From an uncultured Phycisphaeraceae bacterium (GTDB taxonomy: Bacteria > Planctomycetota > Phycisphaerae > Phycisphaerales > UBA1924), in assembly GCA_964352615.1 (NCBI GenBank), contig CAYGSG010000007.1, positions 2,315-66,314 on the forward strand: a stretch of DNA of 64,000 bases, read 5' to 3'. This document shows, in pieces, positions 28,859-38,197 of this stretch (within the stretch, counting starts at the first letter, position 1; each line of letters starts with the position of its first letter). The position numbers and the translations under genes are program-made. The notes beneath the pieces are model-generated. The model was not told where the DNA came from. It saw nothing but the letters and a program-made list of their open reading frames with translations, and did not search any database.

Positions 28859-30040
28859 TCACGCCAGGGCCAGCCGCTCACCCTGCCTGCGTATCGAACC
28901 CTGAATTTCCAGCATCGTCAGGGCCGCGCGAAGCTCGCCCGCTCCAAGCCCGCTGCGTTCCATCACCTGATCCAGCGTTCTCGGCTCGTCGAGCGCCTCC
29001 ACGATCGCCCGCTGGTGCGGGTCCGTCGGCAGCACGACCGACCGCTCCGGCGCCTTTACCGTGGCTGGCGCAGCGCGATCCCGCGAGGCCGCGCTCGCGT
29101 CGTGGTTCGGCTGGCTGAACCGCCGAGCGTGCGTGCCCACCCGCAGGTGGTGCGCCGAGGCCTCCACCAACCCCACGACATCGCGCACCCCCGTCACCAC
29201 CGTGGCCGCGCCCGCCTTGAGCAGGTCCAGCGATCCCGCGCTCGCTGGCGAATCCACCCGCCCCGGCACGACCATGACCTCTCGGCCGTGGTCGTCGCCC
29301 GCGTACCGCGCCGTAATCAACGCGCCCGAGCCCACCGACGCCTCGATCACCAGCACGCCCAAACTCAGCCCACTCACGATCCGGTTCCGACCCGGAAAGA
29401 ACTTCGCCTGCGGCTGGGTCCGCAGCGGCAATTCGCTCACCAGCGCCCCGCCTGCCTCAAGAATCGCATCAAACAACGGCCCGTTCTCCGGCGGATACCG
29501 GTTGGCCAGCCCGCACCCGAGCACCGCGACCGTCGCGCTGCGCGCGCGCAGCGCACCACGATGCGCCGCTGCATCGATCCCCCTCGCACCGCCCGAAACC
29601 ACCGTAAGCCCAGCCTCGCTCAGGCCCATCGCGAACCGCTCAGCCTGTTCCACGCCGTACGCCGTGCACTTGCGAGAGCCCACAATCCCGATGCCCTCAA
29701 TCCCCGCATCGAGCTGGCCCAGCACGTACAACATCGGCGGGGCGCTCGGGATCGACCGCAGCACCTCCGGGTACGCCGCGCTCGATTTGGCGATCAGCGC
29801 CACGCCCAGCTTGGCTGCGAGTTCGAGTTCCGCATCCGCCAGTTCCGCGCTCTCGCGCAGCCCCTTGGCGATCGCAGCAGCCTTGCCCGCTCCGATGCCT
29901 CGGCAGCCTTCAAGCTCGCGCTGGCTCGCGCGCAGCACCGCCTCGGGCGAGCCGAACGCCTCGCAGAGCCGATCCAGCAGCACCGGCCCCAGCCCCGGGG
30001 TCAGCACGCACCGCAGCAAATCACGCAGAGCCTCGGCCAT
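28859..30040 (-). CDS. dprA: DNA-processing protein DprA/Smf
   Basis: …IVGSRKCTAYGVEQAERFAMGLSEAGLTVVSGGARGIDAAAHRGAL… and …FPGRNRIVSGLSLGVLVIEA…SGALITA… form the DprA Rossmann core. A C-terminal wHTH-like tail is present. Confidence 0.85.
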   Translation of the reverse strand: MAEALRDLLRCVLTPGLGPVLLDRLCEAFGSPEAVLRASQRELEGCRGIGAGKAAAIAKGLRESAELADAELELAAKLGVALIAKSSAAYPEVLRSIPSAPPMLYVLGQLDAGIEGIGIVGSRKCTAYGVEQAERFAMGLSEAGLTVVSGGARGIDAAAHRGALRARSATVAVLGCGLANRYPPENGPLFDAILEAGGALVSELPLRTQPQAKFFPGRNRIVSGLSLGVLVIEASVGSGALITARYAGDDHGREVMVVPGRVDSPASAGSLDLLKAGAATVVTGVRDVVGLVEASAHHLRVGTHARRFSQPNHDASAASRDRAAPATVKAPERSVVLPTDPHQRAIVEALDEPRTLDQVMERSGLGAGELRAALTMLEIQGSIRRQGERLALA

Positions 30041-30116
30041 GCCCGCATGGTACCAAAGTCCGGCTCGCAGTTTCGGGTTTTGTCTTGGATCGGTCCCACA
30101 AAGCCGGGAGGCCAGC

Positions 30117-30623
30117 TCAGACGATCACGTCCACCAGCCGCCCCACTTGGAGAATCGGCCTGGGCTGGTACGCCGCGATTGCCTGAGCCCCCGCATGGCC
30201 CGTCCCACCGTTCTGGCGTGCGAGGCCGATCATCGCGGTGATCGCTGGCTGGGCTTTGGAGGGGGTCGGGACCAGAGTCGGGGCCGGGCTCGGGCAAGGC
30301 TTGCAAGCTGGGGCAAGCCCGTTGCGGTCGTTTCCGACCGCAGCGAGCGGGTGTGTGTCATCTCTTCCCAACGGGCGGCGAGTCTCTGCAAGTTCAAAGC
30401 CCACCTCGACCGAGTCGCTCTCCCGAGCGATCCGGTTTGATTGTCCGAGGTGGTCAGCGAACGGGATCGGGGTGATCGATCCATACAAGTAAGGACGGCG
30501 ATCCCGCGCCGGGTTCTGGTCCGCCCACCCCGCCTCTTGGGCGGGCGGAACCAGAACCGCATGGCGCCAGCGGACCGGACCGCTGGGCAAGGAGTCATGG
30601 GATGCACCAAGGAGTGTGGTCAT
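30117..30623 (-). CDS. hypothetical protein (candidate, co-directional with dprA)
   Basis: This is the ATG 30623 portion of track ORF 30117-30887. Third-codon positions I checked by hand are about 80% G/C, like the confident genes. It ends 76 nt before the dprA start. No family was recognised. Confidence 0.4.
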   Translation of the reverse strand: MTTLLGASHDSLPSGPVRWRHAVLVPPAQEAGWADQNPARDRRPYLYGSITPIPFADHLGQSNRIARESDSVEVGFELAETRRPLGRDDTHPLAAVGNDRNGLAPACKPCPSPAPTLVPTPSKAQPAITAMIGLARQNGGTGHAGAQAIAAYQPRPILQVGRLVDVIV

Positions 30624-30790
30624 GTCTGCCAAACCACAGGGCATCAGCCGTGCCGAGAGCCGTAACCGGCGCCGCGACCGAGAAAACCAGCTCTGACACC
30701 GGCCCAAACGCGATAGGCTCACCCGAGGCCGATCCGGTTGTGACGGCTGTTGCCCCCACGCCACGCCCGTTGTCGTTGTCAGGAAACCCC

Positions 30791-31906
30791 GTGCTCCGAA
30801 CCGACTCGCTCGATTACCACCTGCCGCCCGATTTGCTCGCCACAGCCCCCGCCGCCGAGCGGTCCGAGGCCCGCTTGCTCGTCGCATGCCGCAACCGGTC
30901 TGCCCCTCAGCACCAGTCCATCGCCAACCTGCACGAACACCTCAGGCCGGGCGATCTGTTGGTGGTCAACACCTCGCGCGTGGTGCAGGCCCGCTTGCTC
31001 GGCTTCCGCACCGATACCGGCGGCAAGGTCCAGATGCTCTACCTGCGGGGCACGGGTAACCAATGGCAGGCGTTCGTGCGCACCAAACGGGTCAAAGCGG
31101 GCATGACGGTGCTCATCAAGGCCCGCGAAGGGCCCGCTGCGGGCAACGCCACCCTTATTGAGCCGCTTGATGCCTCCGCCGGCGAGGCCGGCGCCTGGCG
31201 GATCGAGTCCGACGCGCCCATCGAGTCCATCCTCGAACGTGCGGGCCTGCCTCCGCTGCCGCCGTACATCCTTACAGCACGCCGCCAGCGCGACGAACCC
31301 GAACTCCGCGAAGACGACCCGCAGCGCTACCAAACCGTCTTCGCCGACCAGCTCGGCTCGGTGGCGGCCCCGACCGCCGGCCTGCACCTCGATGAGCCCG
31401 CCCTCGACCGGCTGCGTGAGGGCGGCATCGGGGTCGAGCGGGTCGTGCTGCACGTGGGCAGCGGCACGTTCAAGCCCATCGAAGCCGAGCACATCGAGCA
31501 CCACCCCATGCACGCCGAGACGTGCAGCGTGCCCGCGAGCACCATCGAAGCCATCGACCGATGCCGAGCCAACGGCGGCAGGGTCTTCGCCGTGGGCACC
31601 ACCACCGCGCGCGCGCTGGAGAGCTACGCCCAGCTCCGCGACCTGGGCGAACCGCTGCCAGAAGAGCTTGATACCTCGATTCTCATCGCGCCGGGCCACG
31701 ACTGGCGCTGGGTCGATGGCCTGCTCACCAACTTCCATTTGCCTAGGTCCACGCTGCTGGCGATGGTCAGTTCGCTGTTCGGCCATGACCAGACGGGCCT
31801 CGAACACCTGCTGAGTCTGTACGCGCAGGCCATCGAGCACCGATACAGGTTCTACAGCTTCGGCGACGCCATGCTGATCACCCCCGAACCCTCGCGGAGC
31901 ACATGA
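30791..31906 (+). CDS. queA: S-adenosylmethionine:tRNA ribosyltransferase-isomerase
   Basis: LDYHLPPDLLA…ARLLV…LVVNTSRVVQARL…PLPPYI…RYQTVFA…GSVAAPTAGLHL…LHVGSGTFKPI…AVGTTTARALES…TNFHLPRSTLL…YRFYSFGDAMLI. GTG 30791 is preceded by AGGAAA. ATG 30602 would add 63 non-homologous residues. Confidence 0.85.
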   Translation: MLRTDSLDYHLPPDLLATAPAAERSEARLLVACRNRSAPQHQSIANLHEHLRPGDLLVVNTSRVVQARLLGFRTDTGGKVQMLYLRGTGNQWQAFVRTKRVKAGMTVLIKAREGPAAGNATLIEPLDASAGEAGAWRIESDAPIESILERAGLPPLPPYILTARRQRDEPELREDDPQRYQTVFADQLGSVAAPTAGLHLDEPALDRLREGGIGVERVVLHVGSGTFKPIEAEHIEHHPMHAETCSVPASTIEAIDRCRANGGRVFAVGTTTARALESYAQLRDLGEPLPEELDTSILIAPGHDWRWVDGLLTNFHLPRSTLLAMVSSLFGHDQTGLEHLLSLYAQAIEHRYRFYSFGDAMLITPEPSRST

Positions 31907-33426
31907 TGCGGCTGGCGGAGCTGGCACAAGGCATCGGCACGATCCACCCGGCTCGCACCGGCGAGGGCGATGCCGCCCTTACCACCATTACCGGCATTAC
32001 CGATGACTCCCGTGCTGTTCAGCCGGGCTGGCTGTTCGTCGCCCGAGCCGGCACCCGCACCGACGGCGCGGCCTTCGTGCAGCAAGCGCTTCAGGCCGGC
32101 GCCGCAGCGGTGCTCATCGATGGCGATCCACGGGCGTTGCCCGTCCCGGTCGTGCGCGCAGGCAGTGCCCCGCTCGCCCTGGCGCTGCTCGCTGAGCGGT
32201 TCCATGGCAACCCTTCGAGCAAGCTCAAGCTCGTCGGGGTCACCGGCACCAACGGCAAGTCCACCATCGTCCACCTCGTTCAGCAAGCGATGGAGCGCCT
32301 GGAAACTCGCTGCGGGCTCGTCGGCTCGATCGAGTCCTTCGATGGCCTCGTGCGCGCGCCCGCACGCCTGACTACGCCGCCCGCTCACGAGCTGAGCGCC
32401 CTGTTCGCCACGATGCTCGCCCACGGCTGCACCGCCGCCGCGATGGAGGTCTCGAGCCACGCGCTCGATCAGCACCGTGCTGCCGGGCTCAGCTTTGATG
32501 TCGGCGTGTTCTCCAACCTGTCGGGCGACCACCTCGATTACCACGGAGACATGGCCGCCTATGCGAGCGCCAAAGCCAAGCTCTTCGCGCAGCTGCCGAG
32601 CGCTGGCCTTGCGATCATCCACGACGTAGGCGAGCCCGCCAAGCTCATGGCCCAGCACTGCCGATGCCCCGTGCTGTTCTGCGGCGGCGAGCACCAAGCC
32701 AATGTGCGCACGGCATCGCAGTCTCTCAGCGGGCAATCGCTCGTGCTCACCGGCCCGTGGGGCGAGGCCCCTGTGCGCACCCGGCTCATCGGCGCGTTCA
32801 ACGCGATGAACACGCTGCAAGCGGCCCTCGCGGTCCACGCCCTGACCTCGTGCGATGCCAGCGCGATCAGCCGGGCGTTCGAGCACGCGCGAGGCCCCGC
32901 TGGCCGGCTCGACCCGGTCCACGACGAGGGCCAGCGGCCGCGCGTGCTGGTTGACTTTGCCCACACCGACGATGCGCTGGCCAACTCGATCTCGGCGGTC
33001 CGGGCTTCGCTCGATGCCGAGGCCAGGGGCGGGCAGCTCTGGGTTGTCTTCGGTGCCGGCGGCGACCGCGATGCGACCAAGCGGCCGCGCATGGGCCGGG
33101 TGGTTTCCGAGCTGGCCGACCGCGTTGTGGTTACCAGCGACAACCCTCGCACCGAACCGCCGATGGCGATCATCGAGCAGGTGGTAGCTGGATTTCCAGC
33201 AGGCGGGCTGGACGCTATGACCACCGAGCCCGACCGGGCCAAAGCCATCAAGCTGGCGCTGCAAAGCGCAGCACCCGATGATGTCGTGCTCATCGCGGGC
33301 AAGGGCCACGAGCGCCAGCAGCTCATCAGCGATGGCGCGGGCAGCATCCGCGCCATCGACTTCGACGATTTCGCACTGGCACGCCGAGTGCTTGACCAGC
33401 TTCAATCGGCAGACACCCCCGCATGA
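31903..33426 (+). CDS. murE: UDP-N-acetylmuramoyl-L-alanyl-D-glutamate--2,6-diaminopimelate ligase
   Basis: VGVTGTNGKSTIVHLV (P-loop), …DYHGDM…, …TSDNPRTE… are present. The start overlaps the queA stop (ATGA). Confidence 0.9.
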   Translation: MMRLAELAQGIGTIHPARTGEGDAALTTITGITDDSRAVQPGWLFVARAGTRTDGAAFVQQALQAGAAAVLIDGDPRALPVPVVRAGSAPLALALLAERFHGNPSSKLKLVGVTGTNGKSTIVHLVQQAMERLETRCGLVGSIESFDGLVRAPARLTTPPAHELSALFATMLAHGCTAAAMEVSSHALDQHRAAGLSFDVGVFSNLSGDHLDYHGDMAAYASAKAKLFAQLPSAGLAIIHDVGEPAKLMAQHCRCPVLFCGGEHQANVRTASQSLSGQSLVLTGPWGEAPVRTRLIGAFNAMNTLQAALAVHALTSCDASAISRAFEHARGPAGRLDPVHDEGQRPRVLVDFAHTDDALANSISAVRASLDAEARGGQLWVVFGAGGDRDATKRPRMGRVVSELADRVVVTSDNPRTEPPMAIIEQVVAGFPAGGLDAMTTEPDRAKAIKLALQSAAPDDVVLIAGKGHERQQLISDGAGSIRAIDFDDFALARRVLDQLQSADTPA

Positions 33427-34817
33427 GCGCTCACGCGACCAGCCTGGACACGTTCGCCGCGTCGATCACCGATGCGAAATGGCTTCGCGCGCCGACCGCA
33501 GCCAGTTGGCGCGGCGCGACGATGGACTCAAGGGACGTCAAGCAAGGCCGGGTCTTCTTCGCCCTGCGTGGAGCACGAGTCGATGGCCACGCGTTCGTTG
33601 GCCAGTCGCTGGCGGCTGGCGCTGCGTGCGCCGTCATCGAAGCTCCGCAGGCCTTCAACAGCGACCTGCCGTCTGGCGGCGTGCTGCTCGTGCCGAGCGT
33701 CGAGCGAGCGATGGCCGAGGCAGCCCGCATGTACCGCAGGCGCGCGCTCAAGAACGCTGCGGTGCTCGCCATCACCGGGTCCAACGGCAAGACCAGCACA
33801 TGCCGGCTGCTGGCCGCTGCGTGCTCCAGGTCCGGCTCGCCCGCTTGGCTGCCCGAGAAGTCGTTCAACAACCACCTCGGCGTGCCGCTCACGCTGCTCA
33901 ACGCGCCCGCTGATGCGCGATTCGTTGTTTGCGAGGTCGGCACGAGCGGGCCCGGCGAGATCGCTCGCCTCGGCGCGATTGTCGAGCCCGATGCCTGCGC
34001 CATCATCTCGGTCGGGCGTTCGCACCTTGAGGGCCTCGGCTCCATCGAGGGTGTCGCCAGCGAGAAAGCGTCGCTGAGCGCCGCGGTGCCCGAGGGCGGC
34101 TTGGTCGTCGCCAGCGCGCACGCGCCGGGGCTCATCGAGCGGCTCGCTGGCAGCCGGCGGGTCATCACGTACGGCTTCGATCAGCCGTGCGATCGGCGCG
34201 TCAGCGTGCTTGAAGAAGCCGAGACCTTCGTGCGGTGCAGCGTCGAGGGCATCGGTGAACTCATGGTCCCCATGCCCGGCAGGCACTCGGCGCTGAATGC
34301 CGCAGCGGCGGCGATCCTCGCGACCGAGATGGGCATCGATCCTGCGGAGACCATCGCGGGCCTTGCGCGAGCCGAGCCGCCGCCGATGCGGCTGGCGTGG
34401 GAGACCATCAACGGCGTGCGCCTGCTGGTCGATGCCTACAACGCCAACCCCGAGTCCACGCTCGCCGCGCTGGGTGTGCTGGCATCAGTCAAAGGCGACC
34501 GCCGGGTCGCGGTGCTCGGCGACATGCTTGAACTCGGGCCGGGGGCCTCGGCCATGCACCGCGAGGTGCTCGATGCAGCCCTTGCCAGTCCGGCCATCGA
34601 CCGCGTGGTGTGCATCGGCCCTGGGTACGCCGGCTGCGGCGCGGCTGCCTCAACCAAACTTACGCGGCACCCCGACGGCCGAGGCAACTGGCCCGCGCTG
34701 GTTGCAGCATCGCTCGCGCCCGGAGACGCTGTACTGCTCAAGGCGTCGCGCGGCATGGCGCTCGAGCGACTCATCGAAGCCGTGCGCTCGCACCAGGCAA
34801 CTCCGGCTGCGGACTAG
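33423..34817 (+). CDS. murF: UDP-N-acetylmuramoyl-tripeptide--D-alanyl-D-alanine ligase
   Basis: LAITGSNGKTSTCRLLA has the Mur ligase layout. The start overlaps the murE stop. Confidence 0.85.
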   Translation: MSAHATSLDTFAASITDAKWLRAPTAASWRGATMDSRDVKQGRVFFALRGARVDGHAFVGQSLAAGAACAVIEAPQAFNSDLPSGGVLLVPSVERAMAEAARMYRRRALKNAAVLAITGSNGKTSTCRLLAAACSRSGSPAWLPEKSFNNHLGVPLTLLNAPADARFVVCEVGTSGPGEIARLGAIVEPDACAIISVGRSHLEGLGSIEGVASEKASLSAAVPEGGLVVASAHAPGLIERLAGSRRVITYGFDQPCDRRVSVLEEAETFVRCSVEGIGELMVPMPGRHSALNAAAAAILATEMGIDPAETIAGLARAEPPPMRLAWETINGVRLLVDAYNANPESTLAALGVLASVKGDRRVAVLGDMLELGPGASAMHREVLDAALASPAIDRVVCIGPGYAGCGAAASTKLTRHPDGRGNWPALVAASLAPGDAVLLKASRGMALERLIEAVRSHQATPAAD

Positions 34818-34831
34818 GAACCACTCGGCTC

Positions 34832-36001
34832 ATGCTCTACTGGCTGTTTGATCTCTCGCGGAGCTGGCTCGACCAAGTCGGGCTGTACAGCGTGCTGGGC
34901 CTGCTCGACCAGATCGAGTTCCGCGCGTTGGGCGCTGCGGGCCTCGCGTTCGCGTTGGTGCTCGCGTTCGGTCCAAAGTCTATAAGGATGCTGCGCGCGC
35001 TCAAGGTGGGCGACACGGGCGAGACCGACGCCGCGGCACTCGGGCACGTCGCCAAGGGCAAGGCCAACACCCCCACGATGGGCGGCGTGCTGATCGTCGG
35101 CGCGATGCTCATCAGCACGCTGCTGCTCGCGGACCTCAGCGTACGCTGGGTGCAGCTCGGCCTGGTGCTCGTAGCGTGGCTGGCGGTCGTGGGCGGAGCG
35201 GACGACTACCTCAAGCTCACCGCGTCTCGCAGGGGTTCGGGCCGCCAGGGGCTTTACTCGTGGGAGAAGCTGGTCTTTCAGCTCGGCATCGGGATCATCA
35301 TCGGGTTCTTTGCGTATCGAGCCGGTGCTGTCGAGACCGGCCAGAGCCTCGCGCACGTGCTCAACCTGCCGTTCCAGAAGACGTACTCCACGCCCGGCCT
35401 TGAGCTGAGCGGCTCGGTGGTCGTGCTCTCGATGCCGGTGTTCGTGGTGCTTTCGGCGCTGATGGTCACGGGTATGTCCAACGCGGTGAACATCACCGAC
35501 GGCATGGACGGGCTGGCGTCGGGCATCGGTTCGATCATCGCGCTGGGCGTGCTGGTGCTCGCGCTGATCGCGGGCGAACAGGCCTGGGCGCAGCGGCTGC
35601 TCGTGCCGTATGTGCCCGGCACGGGCGAGCTATCGGTGCTCGCGGGCGCGATGGCTGGCGCGTGCCTGGGGTTCCTGTGGTTCAACTGCTCGCCCGCGCA
35701 GGTGTTCATGGGCGACACGGGTTCACTCGCTCTTGGCGGGCTGCTCGGGTACCTGGCTGTGGCGACCCGGCACGAGTACGTCGTGCTCATCATGAGCGGC
35801 GTGTACCTCGCCGAGATCGGATCGGTCGTGCTGCAAGTCGGCTACTTCAAGTCAACGGGCGGCAAACGCATCTTCCGGTGCGCGCCGTACCACCACCACC
35901 TGCACCTCGGCGGCTGGACCGAGCAGCAGGTCGTCGCCCGCGCGTGGATCTCCACCATCGTGCTTGTCGTCGTGGGCCTCGCGCTCATCAAGGTGCGATA
36001 G
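34832..36001 (+). CDS. mraY: phospho-N-acetylmuramoyl-pentapeptide transferase
   Basis: Polytopic membrane protein with …KGKANTPTMGGVLIV…, …NAVNITDGMDGLA…, …VFMGDTGSLALGG… and …APYHHHL…. The real start is ATG 34832; the track ORF begins inside murF. Confidence 0.9.
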   Translation: MLYWLFDLSRSWLDQVGLYSVLGLLDQIEFRALGAAGLAFALVLAFGPKSIRMLRALKVGDTGETDAAALGHVAKGKANTPTMGGVLIVGAMLISTLLLADLSVRWVQLGLVLVAWLAVVGGADDYLKLTASRRGSGRQGLYSWEKLVFQLGIGIIIGFFAYRAGAVETGQSLAHVLNLPFQKTYSTPGLELSGSVVVLSMPVFVVLSALMVTGMSNAVNITDGMDGLASGIGSIIALGVLVLALIAGEQAWAQRLLVPYVPGTGELSVLAGAMAGACLGFLWFNCSPAQVFMGDTGSLALGGLLGYLAVATRHEYVVLIMSGVYLAEIGSVVLQVGYFKSTGGKRIFRCAPYHHHLHLGGWTEQQVVARAWISTIVLVVVGLALIKVR

Positions 36002-37190
36002 GGCCGAGCAGCAGCATCGGTGAACGCAGCACCGGCGTGTCCTGCACCGGGCCGTTGCGGCCCTGGCGAACCTCGATCCAAAGCTCTGTTTCTCCCGGTT
36101 GCAGTTCCAGCGTCGCGGCGAGTTGTGCAGAACGCTGCTCGCCATCGAGCGACACCGCGGCCAGCTCGCGAGGCTCGCCCCGCCGCGCCACCATCAGCAC
36201 CACCTCGCACGCGCCCCACGGCGCCGCCGATGCGGGCAACTCCACGCCGCAAACAAACCCGGAGGCGCCCTCGGGCAGCGACCACTTCGAACGGGTCGGC
36301 CCGGCGAACGTCACATCACCCAGGCCCAGCGGATCATGCGCCATCGTGGGCGGCTCGACCCAACGAAGGCCCTCGCCTGCTTGGCTTTCGACCATCGAGA
36401 GCGACGCGAGACCGACCACTCGCTCGGGCGTCCAGAGCACGCCGACCAGATCGTCCGAGGTCACCAGCATCTCGCTGGCCGAGTCGGCATCGGTGAGCAG
36501 CACATCGCCCACAGCGTCGCTGACAATCGACGAGCACGCCAGCACGCTGCCATCGGCCAGCGCCACGAGCGTCGAGGCCGACCGCTTGGCCGGGCTCGCG
36601 AGCACCACGCCGCGCACGCGCTGGGGGTCGATCTCGCGGATGCCGGCGTCGGTTTCGATCTCGACCATCGGGCGGTAGGCGAGCACGAAACCCGTGAGTT
36701 CGTCGCCGTTTTCGAGGATGACCCGGTCGTCGATGGCTCCACGCATCTCGGCATGATCGAGCGGCTGGGCGGCGTCGGTCACAAGCGACCGCACATCATC
36801 AAGCCTGAACGCGAGCCGGTCGCGCAGCATGGTCTCCCAGCCGATGAAATCGTCGTCCGCGTGCGCCATGGCCCGGCCAAAGAGGACCCGGCCGTCGGTC
36901 AACGTCAGTTGGCCCACCGATTCCTCGCCGAGCGAGCCCGCGGGCGGGGGACGCAGCCTGGGCGACGCGGCGCGCAAGAGCAGCAGATCTTCCACCGAAA
37001 GCTCGATCGGCGTGCCCGTAGCGATGCCAAAGTGGACCGTGCTCGGCGAGAACAGCGGCCCATGAACCTCGCGCCGCGACAGGTCCGAGGTGGTCAGCGT
37101 AAAGAACTGCGCTGACGCGCCGCTTGCAGCAATCGCCCAAGGGGCGAGCCAGCAGACAGCCGAACGGATGGTCGAGTTGCTTTGCTTCAT
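35988..37190 (-). CDS. secreted hypothetical protein (last gene of the Bat-like operon)
   Basis: Signal peptide MKQSNSTIRSAVCWLAPWAIAASGASAQ. ATG 37190 overlaps the stop of the upstream gene (ATGA). The track ORF extension to 37586 is in that gene's coding region. No family was confidently recognised. Confidence 0.6.
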   Translation of the reverse strand: MKQSNSTIRSAVCWLAPWAIAASGASAQFFTLTTSDLSRREVHGPLFSPSTVHFGIATGTPIELSVEDLLLLRAASPRLRPPPAGSLGEESVGQLTLTDGRVLFGRAMAHADDDFIGWETMLRDRLAFRLDDVRSLVTDAAQPLDHAEMRGAIDDRVILENGDELTGFVLAYRPMVEIETDAGIREIDPQRVRGVVLASPAKRSASTLVALADGSVLACSSIVSDAVGDVLLTDADSASEMLVTSDDLVGVLWTPERVVGLASLSMVESQAGEGLRWVEPPTMAHDPLGLGDVTFAGPTRSKWSLPEGASGFVCGVELPASAAPWGACEVVLMVARRGEPRELAAVSLDGEQRSAQLAATLELQPGETELWIEVRQGRNGPVQDTPVLRSPMLLLGPIAP

Positions 37191-38197
37191 CGTTGGAAGA
37201 TCGGCAGGTACCTCTTGGGCATCTGAAGAATGAGCAGCGCCATCGCTGTGCCGTACGCAGGCCCGACCGAGCGGTCTTCCCATCGGCCGCTGGGCTCTTG
37301 CATCTCGAGCAAATGGCCCGCGATCAGCGGCCACCACTGCGACCAGTTTTGACCGCCGGAAAGGAACATCGCCTGCACCGCGTAGTAGTGCCCGTACCAC
37401 ACATGCGATCGGCTGGCCTCGCGGCCCGGCACAGCGGTCATCGAGAGGTATTGCAAGCCGCGATCGATCGCCCGGTCCTCGTAGATGCCCGCGTAGTAGA
37501 GGCTCGCCAGCCCCGCGGCGGACCTGGGCCAGCCGCTCTGCCCGCCATCGCGCTGGTAGCGGAACCCGCCGTCGGGGTTCTGGCATTCGCGCACATACTT
37601 GATCGCCGCGTCGATCACCTTCTTGTCGACCTCGAGCCCCGCGTTGCGCGCCGACCGCAGCCCCATGATCTGGCAGATCGTCACCGATACATCCGCATCA
37701 AACGGCACCGGGTTGTACCGCCAACCGCCCTCTTGATTCTGTGTTCGCTCGATCAGCCGAACCGCCCGGTCCAGCGCCTCATAGACGCGGTCGTCGAGCA
37801 CCGGATCGCCGCCGACTGTTCCGTAGACTTCGCCCAGAAACAGCGTGGCAAAGCCGTGGCCGTACATCGGGCCGTTGGCGGGCTCCGCAGCGATCAGCCC
37901 GTTCTCCGCCGTGTTGTCGAGGATGAACTCGAGGCCCTTTAAGACGATGTCGCCGTACTCGCCTCGTCCCGGCAGGTGCCCATCGGCCATGAATGCCAAG
38001 CACGCCAGCGAGGTCACCGCGACGTTGGGCCCGAACCGCCCGCCGCCGAACGAGCCGTCGGGCGACTGCTGCGTCGCCAGGTAGCGAAGGCCGTTAGCCG
38101 TCGCGTCGTCGATCGCCGGCGTCAGCTCACGTCCCGGCTGCGCCGAAGCGAGCGATGCAAACAACGCAGCACATAAAATCAGAAACCAACGCTTCAC
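37187..38197 (-). CDS. secreted prenyltransferase/squalene-oxidase (terpene-cyclase-like) repeat protein
   Basis: A signal peptide is followed by repeated …QQSPDGSFGG…, …QNQEGGWRY…, …QNPDGGFRYQ…, …QEPSGRWED… motifs typical of the alpha/alpha-toroid repeat. Confidence 0.7.
   Translation of the reverse strand: MKRWFLILCAALFASLASAQPGRELTPAIDDATANGLRYLATQQSPDGSFGGGRFGPNVAVTSLACLAFMADGHLPGRGEYGDIVLKGLEFILDNTAENGLIAAEPANGPMYGHGFATLFLGEVYGTVGGDPVLDDRVYEALDRAVRLIERTQNQEGGWRYNPVPFDADVSVTICQIMGLRSARNAGLEVDKKVIDAAIKYVRECQNPDGGFRYQRDGGQSGWPRSAAGLASLYYAGIYEDRAIDRGLQYLSMTAVPGREASRSHVWYGHYYAVQAMFLSGGQNWSQWWPLIAGHLLEMQEPSGRWEDRSVGPAYGTAMALLILQMPKRYLPIFQR

Noticed and set aside
30602-30790. ATG-initiated 63-aa N-terminal extension of QueA.
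   Set aside because: QueA homology starts at …LDYHLPPDLLA, right after GTG 30791, which has an AGGAAA RBS. The extension is Pro/Ala/Thr-rich and overlaps the candidate minus-strand gene.
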